Source: Lingula anatina (lineage: Eukaryota; Animalia; Brachiopoda). Taken from it: a stretch of 64,000 nucleotides of DNA. Of the stretch, positions 23,926 to 38,000 are shown piece after piece. Both the position numbers and the translations under genes were made by a program. Location of the stretch: assembly GCA_051362555.1 (NCBI GenBank), contig CM120642.1:9982001-10046000 (forward strand). Direction: 5' to 3'. Position 1 is the stretch's first letter. Each line of letters opens with the position of its first letter. The notes beneath the pieces are model-generated. The model saw only the letters and a list, made by a program, of their open reading frames with translations. It was not told the origin of the DNA and did not search any database.

Positions 23926-26900
23926 AACAGAATTGGGAGGAACTGTAGATTTCTTGTAGTGCAGGTCCTTTGTCCGTGACATGTGGAATTTAATTTTGTA
24001 TTGTTCAGTCAGAAACTAACCATCAGCACAAATGGTAACACTTTGAAGATCATGCTCTCTCTTTTTCTCTCCATATCTCTGTAAAAACTGAGCAGCATTG
24101 GGTTTGGAAAGTAGCAAACAGAAGCTGTAAGCAAAATAAAAACAATTTCATAAAACATTATTGTTTCAAATTTCTAACATATGAATAAACCTCAGAGTTA
24201 TATTTGCTATTTCCTAGAATTGTACGTCATGTTAAGGTACTGTTTGACGATAACTCAAGTAATATAATGAAGACAAACAGCTCTCTTTTGATGTGAACAA
24301 TGTTAACACAAAAAAAAAAAAACTGTATGTTACACACATGAAATCTCATGTAGATATGTAAAAAATTTAAGTATTGAAGTAATATGACACAAAATTTAGT
24401 AACACACACCTGTTCATCACATATGGGTACTTTTGCGGAAAAATATTGTAATTAATTGAAATAAAAGTAAACTACTAGTATGTAATTGGTAAATTTAGTA
24501 TCATTTGTCAAATATTTTAAAAAAATTAACTTCAGTAAACATATGTGTTTCTTAATATTATACTATGCACTTATAACAAATTAGTTCTGATATGCATTGT
24601 CCATATGAGGTGAATGAAAGCTGTAATGATGTTTATATATACTCCTCGTTCTTCATGCAGTATGGTTTTATATTTTTAGAAATGACTCAATAGGTGTTTA
24701 CACTGTTTAGGGAGAGTACGTAGGGAAGGTTAAAAAACACTTCCAAGAGAATCTTTGTCTGAAAAGAAAAAAAAAGGTGTTGTTTTTCCTTGAGTATTAT
24801 CCTTTTTAATGGAAAGTGGAAGTTTTTAAACTTGGATGATTTATTTCAAAACAATCTATTCATATCATTTTTAGTACTATATATACTCCCCTAATAGTAA
24901 AGTGCCTAATTTGACCTTGAAAGGAGTGGTTGCCTGTTTACTTAATTCTGACGTCAAATTGACGTATGCATCTCTTTATGCCTGTTACTTTTCTGAAGTC
25001 TGATATTCTTTGTTCATTTTTTTTCATACTAGCCCTACAGTTTTAAAAAACTAAGGTGACATAAATTTCATCTGATTTGAATTTGAAAAATATCTTTGAT
25101 TATTAGAGTGATAAACTGAGTTAAATTTAACTTTAATCCTGTAGAACTTGTACATGATGGTTTTGAGTATCTATAAATACATTTCCAAGAAGTGGGTGTT
25201 TTACTGATATTCACACAGGTCACAATGGCTGCCTATGTGTGAGTATATGGTGCTTACTTAAGTTTAAAATAGTGAATGATAAAATATGATGGATAATCAT
25301 GCAGGGAATGGCATATAAAAGAATGTTTAGTTAAATGTGTGACATGATATATGTTACAATCTGCATATTTATTATGGTATATTTTTCACAATAAATACAG
25401 TGTATATGGTTTACAAGGGGCACCGTGAGGAATATGAGTAGGTGCATCCCTAGGTTAACTAAAAACTGGTTGATTTGACACAAGTTAAAACTCTGCCATT
25501 ATATTGTTTGGGAGTGAGGAATCCCTCTACTTGTGAGTAGTGTGAGCTAGGTGAAATTTAGTGGTTTTTAAAATAGAGAAAATTGATGGTTTGTACAGAG
25601 AACATGTACATGCAGCTAATTAAAAGTGAAAATGATTATTTTATTTGAGTAATTTCTTGAAGTGCTAATAATCTATGTACACGTAACTGTTTATCACTGA
25701 TTTTATGTAAGATGCTGGGCTGACAAAAATAATGTTTGAATAGATATTCTGGAATTCAGTTGTTAGGACATTGGTAAAAAGTGGCACTATACTGCGTAGT
25801 GGGCAAAGTCCTGTTGACTTAGATCAACTTCATTGGTATTGACTCTCACAGTGCTGCCCTCTTTTGCAATATAACTAAACTATGAGAAAAATTGTAATTA
25901 ATGAAACCATTTGAAATGTATGGTCAAATGCAGTTTGTAAATTTTATTTTTAGTAAACCTAAAATGACCAAAAAATTAAAATTATCCAAATTTTAATTGC
26001 TTAAGTCTAAAACTATCAGACTCCTTAGTTTAATTATTTACTAGAGTAAGAATGTAATCAATTGTGTTATGATTTGGACATAGTAATTATAATTTATAAT
26101 TATAATTTGTTCAGGCTCCCATGGAGCTATCAGAACAGCTTATCTGAGACAATGGGCAAATGTTTACCTGAAGGAAGATGTTTCAAGTTCCTTTGTAATT
26201 TTGCCCATGGTTACAGGCATGTGCTCCACAATGTGCGAGAATAATCTTCTTTTTCAATTCTTGTTAGTAACTATCTCTACTCTCTGAGTCTCAATGACTA
26301 TCACCATGCTCAGTACACTTACAGTTCTCAAGGCATTCTGACTATTTTGTCATGGTGCTCGTTATTCAAACTGTTTTTCAGTCACAAGTTTTAATAAAAT
26401 TATGATTTAATATATAAGCAATGCAACAAAATATGCAGTGTTATCACTCAACTCTAAATTTTACCTATATTGGCGACATTATCTGGTTACACAAAATTTT
26501 TACTTGATGTTCTTCATACATTTAATCTTAGTCAGCTTTATCCTGAACAATCCTGTTTAAGCAAGATAAAGGATGACTGTTACATCACAAACCACATGAC
26601 ATTGTGTATCTGCCAAATCTGTTTTGTTCAAAGTTATTTATATAGTAATGCATCAAAAACAAAATTTCATGGATATTAATTAAAATATATTTAGGGTGGC
26701 TTGTACAATGTATATCTATATAATCTAACAATGATTTATCAACGTGTAAACCCTTGCTGGTATTCAGTTAAAAAAGTAAAAGAATGGTGGTTAAGTCATT
26801 CTGTTGGTGAAGCATTCTGTTACAACCCATGGGCATATAAGCTCTTTTTCTGAGGCAGCATGACTACCCCCTCCCCTTTTACAAAGAATTTTCGCTAGAA

Positions 26901-27063
26901 AGAAGCCTAAAAAAGAATCGTGCAGTATTTAAATTGGCTTTGATAATTTTTCTCTCTCTACAAAATTTAGAAAGCATGGAGCAGAAAAAAAAAACCTGCA
27001 AACTACCTTACCTTCTTTGTCAAAAGCTATATACTAATCAGTATGTGGAGAAACGCGGTACAA

Positions 27064-27074
27064 GGGAATTTCCC
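27064..27074. promoter_or_regulatory. NF-kB/Rel site near putative non-coding first exon of TNFR paralog 2
   Basis: GGGAATTTCCC matches the GGGRNWYYCC consensus. It lies about 55 nt upstream (minus sense) of a strong donor AAG|GTAAGG at ~27011. Confidence 0.45.
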
Positions 27075-27335
27075 TTTGATATTAGTCAGCATTAATTATA
27101 GTAATACTTATCTATTGTGTCTGATGGGTAGTTTGACACTCCTTAAAAACCGTGTTTTAGATGGAAAGAGTTACTAGGAGATAAAGGGCACTATAACTAA
27201 GGGTTTTTTATCATCCACATACTGAAAATAAGGTTTTTCCTACCTGTTTTTTTTTTTTTTTTTTTTTTTTTTTGAAGATTTATCTGTTATCCAAAAGAAT
27301 GTATGCAAGGTAGTAAATAAGGAGATTTTGACTAA

Positions 27336-27592
27336 GGGAACGTTCACATGACAAATCTATTTTCTAAAAATCTAAAAATCTATTTGCGGTATCTTGTGAT
27401 CATGGTTGGTGCCCTGAATACCCAGCTGTGTAATTACTGGCAGCGCCGAGAATTAATTACAGCTTTGGAAGAAACTGGCTCGCGCTGCCCGTAATTATGC
27501 CATGGGGTATTCAGGGCATAGACCGTGATCACAAGATACTGCAAATAGATTTTTAGATTTTTAGAAAATAGATTTGCCATGTGAATGGAGCC
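27336..27592. mobile_element. MITE family 1 (PIF/Harbinger Tourist-like), internally deleted copy
   Basis: Long inverted arms gggaacgttcacatg...catgtgaatggagcc; homologous to 32724-33276 and 42123-42346. Confidence 0.8.
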
Positions 27593-28129
27593 AAAGGCTT
27601 ACAGTATCCTAAAAACAAAAGCTCTTAGTGCTTGAGTTAATTATGCAGGCCAGGGTGTCCGGTTCATGGTTTGTGTCCACATTAGATGTCCTACACATAC
27701 ATGTAGGGACTATCAAGTTTTCTGGGTCCTAGCCCTGATTCATAGATGTATTGATGTCTGATGCATATTCAGCTTTTAACCACAGCAAAATGCAATATTA
27801 TGCATATGCCCTTTGTTTGCAGCCATTTACTTGCTTTTAAAGTGGTATAATTTTGAGTGAGAAAATTATCTTTTTAAGATAAATTTTGATTATCATTCAA
27901 AATTTATGTAACTATTATGTTATAGCAATTAATAGCTATGTTATTTATCAATTAAATTACTTAAAGCTGTGTAGTAGTAAAGGTCTGTAAGCCAATTAAA
28001 GTCTGAATTACATATACCAATACATGTACTTACTAGTACTTCACTCACCTCCTCCAAACATATGTTCTTCTTTTTTCAACATTTGGTTATAAAAATTATT
28101 AGATTTGGTTATATAAGCTATAAATAAAC

Positions 28130-30045
28130 TAGTAGGAATTTCCAGTGGGGAATACCCTGTTTGCATATTAAGGGACATCACCTGATTCAAGTATGTATCA
28201 CCTGATTTTGAGGACACTTGACCACAAGAACCTACTATCATGGCTTGAAATTAAAATGAATTCATGAAAATGTTGTTGATGTGGGCTTTGTTTTAAAAAA
28301 ATTGAAAGTTTTTTTTACTGTAGTTCTAGAATAATTGAACCGTCTTTAATACAGACCAACATCAAAATAGTCAACCAAGCAATTCAATCATAAATGGCAG
28401 TTATATAAACAGACCCCTCTCCTTGCCTTTATGAACTCTCCTACTGATTAATTTTTATAGTGTACAATTTTTGATATGTCTGTTCTTCTGTTTCAGTGTC
28501 TTTTTAAAAAGTTGGAGAGATTTTTCTGTGGTTGAAATAAATGTATTCCAGCCTGGTTGATTATACATAATAAGTTCATCAGTGTTTAGGGGACATGCAT
28601 TTTCAGTGTTGACCACTGTAGATGGTTTTACAAAAGAATATTGTATATGGGAAGTACCCCGGGCAATTAGTCATCCCCAGGGCTCTGGAATGGAAATCAT
28701 AAAGGAAATTGGGAAGTGATATGTACATTTACATTTTAAAAAGAATAAGTTATAGCCTGTATACCTGATATTATCCAGTACCATATGTTTTGTGTCACAT
28801 ACTACTAAAATAGATTTTTTAAGGGGGGGAGGGGGAGAGAGGGTGAGACAATTTGCCTGTTATAAGTAAGTTGTGTTAATCTTCACACAGTGTATCAACA
28901 AGTTCCTGTATTGTGCTTCATTCATGGTTTTGTGTGACATTCATACTTGGTTGGAATGAGTCATCATAAATGAAATACTTCTCATAACAGTTACTGTTGT
29001 AAATATTTATATCAGAGTAAAGTTGAAGTGGAATGTTTATGTGTGACTACTCACCGTATAAAGTTGTACTTGCAGTACAGATTTGTAAGGATTAATGCAA
29101 GATCATTTTCCCATAATTTTTATTTGGAAAGTGAGATAAATAATTTAAAATAAATAAAAACACAGTAGTTTTCTTAATTATGATGAAATTGAATTAAGAT
29201 GCATAATGCATGATTCCTGTTGTGATGGCTTAAATTTCAAATTAGTATACACTTAGTAGATCATGTTACTAATGTGCCACCTTTAAATTTAAAACAACAG
29301 TAAAATAACCTACTGAAACATTTAATGTTGAAAAAAGCCAGCTGTCAAACATTTACCTGAAACAGATTGAGTGCATGGCTGATTGATATCTTAATTAAGT
29401 CAACTGCTTCTGTTAACACACAGATTAAGTGGCAAATTGACACCTGAATCATATTTCATCAGAGAATTATAAGCCTATAGTGTACATGTACATAGATGTA
29501 TACATACTAGATAACTGAACAGGTTTGATCTATTAGTCTACATGGTAAGTTTAATTGTCATGACCCTTGTTTAAAAGAAATATTACCAAAGATGATTATC
29601 AAAAATCTAATTACAATAGGAAAACGTATGTTTGAAGAGTGATACCTCTCACACATATGTGTAAATTTTCTCTCTCTTCATCACAATTCATAATTGTCAC
29701 AAATAATTGGCTACAAAACAAAAATATCTCAGAAAATTTGCTGTCATAAAAGCTAAAAATTAAGATATTAACCCTAGTGACCAACATTTACCAGTTGTCA
29801 TATGAGCACTTTGAAAACTAAATTCTCATATTTATCAACTAGCATTTCTCACCTTCTTCACTCTAGTGCCTTTCATCAAATGCATCAAAATGTTTAACAA
29901 ATAATGGAAATTATTAAGGAGTGGTCTTAAAAGGGGGAATCCCCTGGCTGTATAGTCAAAAGTCTTTCAATATTCATACATGAGTCACCAACATTGGAGG
30001 TATTGTGAAATACTTGATGAAATATAATACAGGTCTTTGCGTGCA

Positions 30046-30081
<36 letters not shown>

Positions 30082-32015
30082 CTGTGTCTGTGTGTATGTA
30101 TATGTATTTGTCTATTTATTGGTTGTTGCATGTATCTCTTCATTGTCAAACATTTACCAATATGCAGAGGATTATTTTTTAACACTTTGAAAATTAATTT
30201 TTATTGAAGTTTTAGAAATAAAAAAAATTCATTTCAATTAAGGTCAGGCCAGGGATCTAGTTCTGTTAGTTGTTATATTTAATCATTTATTTTATTACTT
30301 CTCATTTATATATTTCTTTTTATTTATTTTTGAGGCAACACTAACATAAAGCTACATGAAGATTTTCATGCTAAATAAAGTCTGGATTATTAAATGTGCT
30401 TACCTCGTGCACACTCCTCCCCCAATTATGGATCTTTCTCTTTTTCATCATCTCACTTAAGATTTGTTTATCGACCTATTAATAAAAATAAAATTCCCAG
30501 TGGGGATTTCCCTATATCACCTGATTTTGACATTTGTGCCCTATTTGGTTTAAATATCACCTGATTTTGAGGGCATTTGTTTACCTTCCATACTAACATT
30601 GTTTGAAATCAAAATGCATTTGTTGGCATGCACTAGCTTTGTCTTAGAAAAACCTATTATAGGCCAACAGCAAAATAATCAATCAAGCAATTTAATTGTA
30701 ATTGCATTTTTATTTAACAAACTCTTTATCTCGCCTCTACGAACTCTCCTCATCTGATTCATTAATACAGTGTTCAAGTTTTGATAAGTGTCTTCTTCTG
30801 TTTCAATGACTTAGTACAAAGTGGGAGCAATTTTCTGTGGGCATTCCCCAGGCTGAATTAAATGTATTCCAAACTGGCTGAATAAGTTGATCAGAGTTTT
30901 GGGGACATGCTTTTTGAGTACAGACCATTAATAGTTTTACAAAAGAATATTGTATATCAGAAGTACTCCGGGCAATTAGTCATCTCCAGGGCTCTGAAAA
31001 GGAAATCATGAAAAGTTATTGGCTGTACACCTGATATTATCCAGTACCATATATTTTGTGTCACATACTACTAAAAATGGAATCTTTTTCGTTTCAATTT
31101 ATTATTATCATTATTATTTATTTTTTGACTAGGGGGGAAGGGGGAAGCAATTCGCCTGTTTTAAGTAGGTTTAAGTGTAAAACCTCACATGCTGTTTATC
31201 AGCAAGTTCATATATTTTTGGAGTTATAGTTTTGTGTGACATTCATACAGTACTGGGAATGAATCATAAATCAACAAGTTGCTTGGTACTTCTCATAACA
31301 GTTACTGTTCTAAATATTTATATTAGAGTAAAGTTGAAGTGGATTGTTTATGCATGAATACTCACAGTATAAAGTTGTTACATCATGCTGATAGTGGATA
31401 AGATCAGTGTACCTGTAACCAGGAAGTGCTTTAACTCTTGCACAATGCATGCTAATTATTTGAATAGAACAGGCAGAGGGGTAGGGGTGGGGTGTGGTGA
31501 AGCAAGAAGTTGTAAAGAGACTTTACTACTTCTTGGGTGGATTTATCATCTTCTGGGTCTTCCGGAAGACGGTCAGATTTTCAAGTTTACATTGATCGAT
31601 ATCTAATTTTTTCTGTTGGAAGACAGTCAAAAATGGTGGATGATTCAACAAAAATAATTTGGAAGACTATATGAAAACAACTCTGATTGGTGTTTTCTGA
31701 TTGCCATATTTATTTCTGCTGTAAAGATTAATTCAAGATCATTTTCCCACAATTATTAATGTAAATAAAAACACAATTATTCTCAATTATGACAAAATTG
31801 AATTAAGTAAGGAGCATAAAGCATATTCCTGTTGTGATGGCTTAAATTTCAAATTAGTATACACTAAGTAGATCATGTTAGTAATGCGCCACTTTTATAT
31901 CTGAAACAACAGTAAAATAACTTACTGAAACATTTATTATGGAAAAAAAGACAGCTGTCAAACATAAACCTGAAATAGGTTGAGTACATGGCTGATTGAC
32001 ATCTTAGTTAAGTCA
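28130..32015. repeat. Diverged direct duplication (~28130-29410 vs ~30490-32015)
   Basis: Shared blocks such as gggcaattagtcat..ccagggctctg, cctgatattatccagtaccatat and gatggcttaaatttcaaattagtatacact occur in the same order. Confidence 0.88.
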
Positions 32016-32344
32016 ACAACAATTAATGAGCAAATATGATTTTGAAAATGAAAAACTTACTACACTTCATGAAAACAATGTATGAGAAAATGACTGCTGT
32101 TTGAAATTATAACTTACAATGATATAAAATTAAAAACTTATGAATGTACAGCTTTACACTGTACGCAGTACAAATTGACTTGATAGCAAATGACACAAAT
32201 CATTGCACATGCAAATGTCTGCAAAGTCGTCTACCTTAAAAATGATTATAATTAAAGTTTTAAAAATTAATACTGTGAGCATGAATATAAATTAATAGAC
32301 CAAAAAAATTAGATAATAATTTCATTAAAATATAAATGCCATGT

Positions 32345-34100
32345 AAGCCAATAGTGCCAATATACAAAACAATGAAAGTGAACAAAATGGTAAGGTACAA
32401 CCGTGAAATGCAAAAGATTTGACTAAAATATCAAACATGAGCACTCTGAAAAGCTGATGAATGTGAATTAGTGGCACCATGTATTGAGGCAATTTTTATT
32501 ACTTACATATCACAAAATTTGATACTGGAAAAACTGGCCGAAGACACGAATATTAACAATGACATATGTTGTCTGGACAAGAATTAGCATTTCAGTGTTT
32601 TTGGTAATGAGCTTTTGAATACAACAAACACATAATACAGTTAGGAAAGGCACAAAAATGTCAAAATTAAAAAAATATATATATATGTGTACAGGCACTT
32701 TCTATAAAAAAATGCGAGTATTACGCTCCTTTCACATGGAAAATCTATTTTCAAAAAATCTCATAATCTATTTTTGGTATCTTGTGATCACGGTCTGTGC
32801 CCTGGATAGCCCATGCCGTAATTACTGGCAGCGCGAGTGAGTTACTTCCAAAGCTGTAATTAATTCTCGGCTGCGCTCGGAGGAGATCCTGATACCTAGA
32901 CGCATGAGCAGTAGGAAGTAAGAAAGTAAATGGCGGTCGCAGTTGCTTTGAAAAATGTTTCTGTCGATTTTGTGCAACAACAACATCCCCTTTGACCTTC
33001 CTCCAACTTGTTTTGCACTACCACTAGCCATATTACGGGTTTGTATGCTTGAGTCGTCACAACTAAACTGATGAACGTCACAGCTTAGAGATACTACTGC
33101 GCATGCGTCAAGGTATCAGAATCTCCTCCGAGTGCAGCCGAGAATTAATTACAGCTTTGGAAGTAACTTGCTTGCGCTGCCAGTAATTACGCCGTGGGGT
33201 ATCCAGGGCACAGACTGTGATCACAAGATACCGAAAATAGATTTTTAGAAAATAGATTTCCCATGTGAACGGAGCCTTACTTTCCACCCCCCACCCCCCA
33301 TTTTGAGCTTACTTAAATCATCTTTTGTCATCTTTGTATTCTTTTCCTTCTACTATATGTGCCCTGGCACTGTCTTCTTTAGTAAAGTGAGTGAAGTCCT
33401 TACATGAATAAGCAATAATGCAAGGCAATTAAGCCAATAGTCGTCCTTTTTAATTTCTACACAACATGAAAACAATAAATGAAAATGATTGCAGTGTGAA
33501 ATAATTATTTACACTGATATAAAGGTAAAGCAAAAAGCCAAGTAGTTTACAGCTTTCCACTGATTGACATGGTTTACAAATGACACAAACAAAACAGCAT
33601 ATGTACAAAACAATGATAATGAAGAAAATGGTAATGCACAATACAGTGGATTGGAATGAAATACGAAACCATTGCACTTTGCAGGCAATGTCTAAGCTGA
33701 TGAATGTGAAATAGTGGCACCATGTATTGAGGCAAATGGTATGACTTAGATATCACAAAATATGATGGGGAAATGGCTGAAAAGTGGGATATTTACAATG
33801 ACGTGTTATCTGTAAAAAAACTGACATTCCAGTGTTTTTGGTAATAAGCTTTTGATTCAATATACAATAAAAAAGTAATTTTGTATAATGGCACTTTCTT
33901 AAAAAAGTGAGTATTACTTTCCATCCCCCCATCTAACTCACAAAATTTGAAAAAAAAAGATAATTGTCTTGTATCATAATTGTGCTAACTTTAGAACTTA
34001 TGTGTTCTTTGTAGGTACTTACTTCTACTATGTGTGCCCTGGCACTCTCCTCTGTAGTAAACTGTGCACGACAGAGCTATGATGCAAGGCAATTAAGCAA
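32345..34100. repeat. Tandem duplication downstream of TNFR3 stop (3'UTR region); one copy carries MITE 1
   Basis: aagctgatgaatgtgaa.tagtggcaccatgtattgaggcaa at ~32451 and ~33694; tgtgccctggcact at ~33358 and ~34033. Confidence 0.85.
32724..33276. mobile_element. MITE family 1, longest copy, TTA target-site duplication
   Basis: About 190-bp inverted arms (cgctcctttcacatgg...ccatgtgaacggagcc) flanked by TTA/TTA. The empty site gagtaTTActttcc is present in the paralogous segment at ~33909-33922. Confidence 0.88.
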
Positions 34101-34267
34101 ATAACCTTCCTTTTTTGTAACTTAGATGGGATAAGTAACACTATTATTATTTTTTAATCAGTGCTTTAACATATAATTTTTTTATTATTTATTTATTTAT
34201 TATTATTATTATTATTATTTTGAAATTTTGACTTTTCCATCTCTTTAAAATAAGCTTGATGTTAACA

Positions 34268-35015
34268 TCAAAATTCATTTTCTGCACACAGCTGCTTGCA
34301 AAGTCTCTCTAAAGCACTGTACCTTTCCATTTTCTCTAAAGCATCAAGTATAATGTCTACCGTTTTGTTCTTAGTACCATGTATGTTCAGAATAGCTTTG
34401 GTTTTACATTCTTGTCCACTGCCATGCCCACTGTATTCCAGATAATCAAGCTTCCTTGGAGATATTCCTGTTTTGTGCCCAAAGTGTCTCCAGTTGTTGC
34501 ACATAGGTTTTGGAGGATCAAGTTCTGCTGCTAGAAGGTCTGTAATGTCTGGACTAAGATCTTCGATAGGCATATCTGAAAAAGTGTCGTTGATATCATT
34601 TAGCGTTATTCATTATAGAAGGGGGTAACCTTGTGTTAAGATATGTGAGCTATACTGGTATGTACTTTTAAGTGTTATATAGGTGGTCTAAGACAAACAA
34701 TTTATAATCTTGTTGGCAAGAGAAAAGTATTTCATTTATTATCAAAACTTTGAATAAATCAGATAATATTAATGTTGGATATATGTTTTCTTTTCAAATT
34801 CAAAATACTAGTCTACAATGCAAGACATTTTTTGGCAGCCATATGTTGTCTCCAATTTTCTCTCAGTTATCCTTTCAACTGCTTCATTTGTAGAGTGCCT
34901 TAACTAAATGATGTCAGTTGGGGGATAGGGGTGGATATAGTGAGCTCGTACCACCCCTACCCTAGATATGGAAATTTTCCTTTATAGCCCCTCCTAAAAC
35001 GCAATTTAACAAGCA

Positions 35016-35070
<55 letters not shown>

Positions 35071-38000
35071 AGATGGAACCAAGCAATATTCTTTCATCCC
35101 CATGTCCTATTCAAGGATGCCCTGTGAAGGGAGTCTTAAAATTTTCACCCTTGTGATTTTGTTTACAAAATTCTGGATCTGAAAGTGCATAAACTGATTC
35201 TTCTAACTTACCTTTGGTTATTTCCTTGGCTTTTTGTAAAAGATTTGGATCAATATGCACCTGTAATAAATTTTTTTAAAAAGTTATCTTATGTCAAGGA
35301 TTTATTAGAATGTTAGGCATCTGTGCTTTTACACATTGGTTTATTACGTACATTCTCTGTTCTGTTCAGAATGAAAACTTAATTTACAGAATATTCCTGA
35401 TTAAGCAAATGGTTTCATTATTGATTAAAGTGGCCATAAGATCAAATAAATGATTATACTTACTTGTTCTCTTCGTACTTTTGCTTTAGATCGTGGCTTT
35501 GTCTCTGTTAGAAATAAAAATACCACTATTTTATGGTTATCTAATAATTTAATAAAATATATATGTATTCATGTCCCATGTACCGGGTACATTTTGTTCC
35601 TTCATCTAAATATTTTGTGACCAACTTCACAGACTCTCAAAAAGTGGAACACTTTCTAATTTGATCAAGGAATTGTACATGCATAAACATCGTTGATTGA
35701 AGAAAGTATAGCTATACTTCAGTTCCCTGTAGTCTTACCCTCTGTCACAACCCTCCCTGTCTGTATCTGGTCATTCCCAGCTGGTAGGTTTTGATCTTTG
35801 GAATAACTGTGAGCATCCTCCCATTCCTCCTCACCAGAGCTTCCCTGGGAACTGTTATCCAAAGTTTTTGGATCTACAAAATATTTCGATCAGTTTTGAT
35901 AATAATTGTAAATGATTTGTTTTGCTTATTTTGATTCTACTTTCTGAAGATTTTATTGGTGGGAGTGTCTCACTGACTGTTAATCAGAAAGAATTGCTTA
36001 CTGTAGGAGAATGTCTTATGTTCAGTACACACTTTGATCAAGGTATATTATTTCTTTATGACTATATATACCAATGCTAATGTTTTTATTGTTGTAATAC
36101 TTGAATAATTATGATGGTAAAGTGGTGAGGTCAGCAGATGTATTTGAGATGAATTTTGTAGAAACCTTGGATTTAACATTATTTTATTTACTGTGTTGAC
36201 ATATAAGGATACTTCAATATGAAACATGAAATTTAAAAATTGATATTGACCTGCATCTGACAGGTAACCTGATGACGTGGGTGATACTTTAGCATGTCCA
36301 GGAATGCTGTTACTGCTTCCATTTGGTTTATCTTCGCCTTCAGCATATTTTCCACCTTTTGGATCTATTGTGGTCTTCATCTGCAGACTTTGACTAACCT
36401 GATGGAAGGTGCAGGTGGAAGTTTTCATATTCTCACATTCTTCACAACGGTGAGGACTGTGTGGTGAAGGTTTGTGTGATTCAGGTAGAGGAGAATTATT
36501 TCCAGAGTTTAAGCCAGTGCCAGAAACCTTCTCTGACATCTGCTGCAATTCGTTGACCTCCAGCTTGGTACTTCCACCTTGTTCTGGACTGTTTGGTACC
36601 TGAACATATCTGGAAAGGTACAATTTAAAAGATGACAAGGGATTAGCTAGCTGGTATACATGCCTTATATCTAACCAGCATATTTGTTTTCTTTGTATGT
36701 TGCAAGTGTGTTGCTCACTTATATAAATTTATAATGATAATATTGAGTAACTTTCAAAGTAATTTTGCAGTCATTGGAAGTTTCTACAAGTTTTCATTCT
36801 CATCTATTTTTTTATTATACTTATAATTAATACCTTGCTCCTGCAGATATCAACTTTTTTCTGGCTGGCATTCTCTCTTCATTTTCTGTGAACAGTGCCT
36901 GGTTCTCCAATAGTGAGTTATGAACATCTGAAAATACCCTGGTTATATGTAGATTGTTTCCTGTCAAATAAGTAAATGTGGTATGTTTAACGAGGTTTAC
37001 TTTTGAAAGGATGGTTGCTTTTTCTAAATGAATGAAAAAATATAAGGGTTTCATTCAGTGAAATTTTTTGAGCTATAGAAAACATTTATCTTTTATGTAG
37101 ATAGATGTTGTGTGAAACATACCTTTGTCATCAGATGAATCTGTTTCATAAGAAGTCTGTTGGTTTTCTGAATTTCTACAGAATTTGCATCCTGCAACTA
37201 CAGCTATGATTGCTACAATGACAGCAACTGCTACAGCAATAATTATACCATTGATGGTGCCAATGCCGAGGCCATTGTCAGGATTAACAGATGGGCTGGT
37301 GATGTTCTCATTGTTGGAGTCACCTGAAATAATCAACTATGGATGTAAACTGTTTTGAAAATATTTTTAAAATAAGAAAGCTTTTCCTCATATTAACATG
37401 TCCTAGACATTTAATTTATTATTAATTGATGTAGTTTTAAGATACATGATGTACAGGTAACTTGTTATATTTAGGTACTAGCTCAGAAATTAAGATAAAT
37501 AATAAAGAGAAAAATAAACAATATATACTTAATTCTGAAGCACAGCTTCTTTAAGTCACAATTATAACAAAAAAAGAAGTCTGTGGAAAAATGCCAAATA
37601 CAGAGTTACATGCCATTAAACCTACCTTTTGTGTTACTGATATGTGAAGCATACTTCTCTGGTTTCTGAGTATACGTAATAGTCACATTTCCGACATTTG
37701 GGCCTACTATTTTTGTGGTTGAAAACACCATTGGTGTTGTGGGTGTTGAAGACACCAGTGGTGTTGTGGATGTTGAAGACACCATTGGTGTTGTGGGTGT
37801 TGAAGACACCAGTGGTGTTGTAGGTGGTGTCATTGGTGGAGGTGAAGATGTCTTGTCAAAAAATTGTTTGCAGCTTAGGTGATCATCTGATGTCCAGCAT
37901 TTTGCGCAGTTTATGTCTGCTACATGAGTAATGATATCTTCTGTTTCATAGTAGCTGTAAAAAAAGTAATTATACAATATTCTTTAGCAACATGAACTTT

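Noticed and set aside
29985-30190. Poly-Pro/poly-Gly ORFs (also 49356-49610)
   Set aside because: Artefacts of G/C homopolymer runs.
28130-32015. Possible hidden gene or fifth TNFR in the duplicated intergenic block
   Set aside because: No CRD, TM or death-domain coding remnants seen; indels between the copies break frames.
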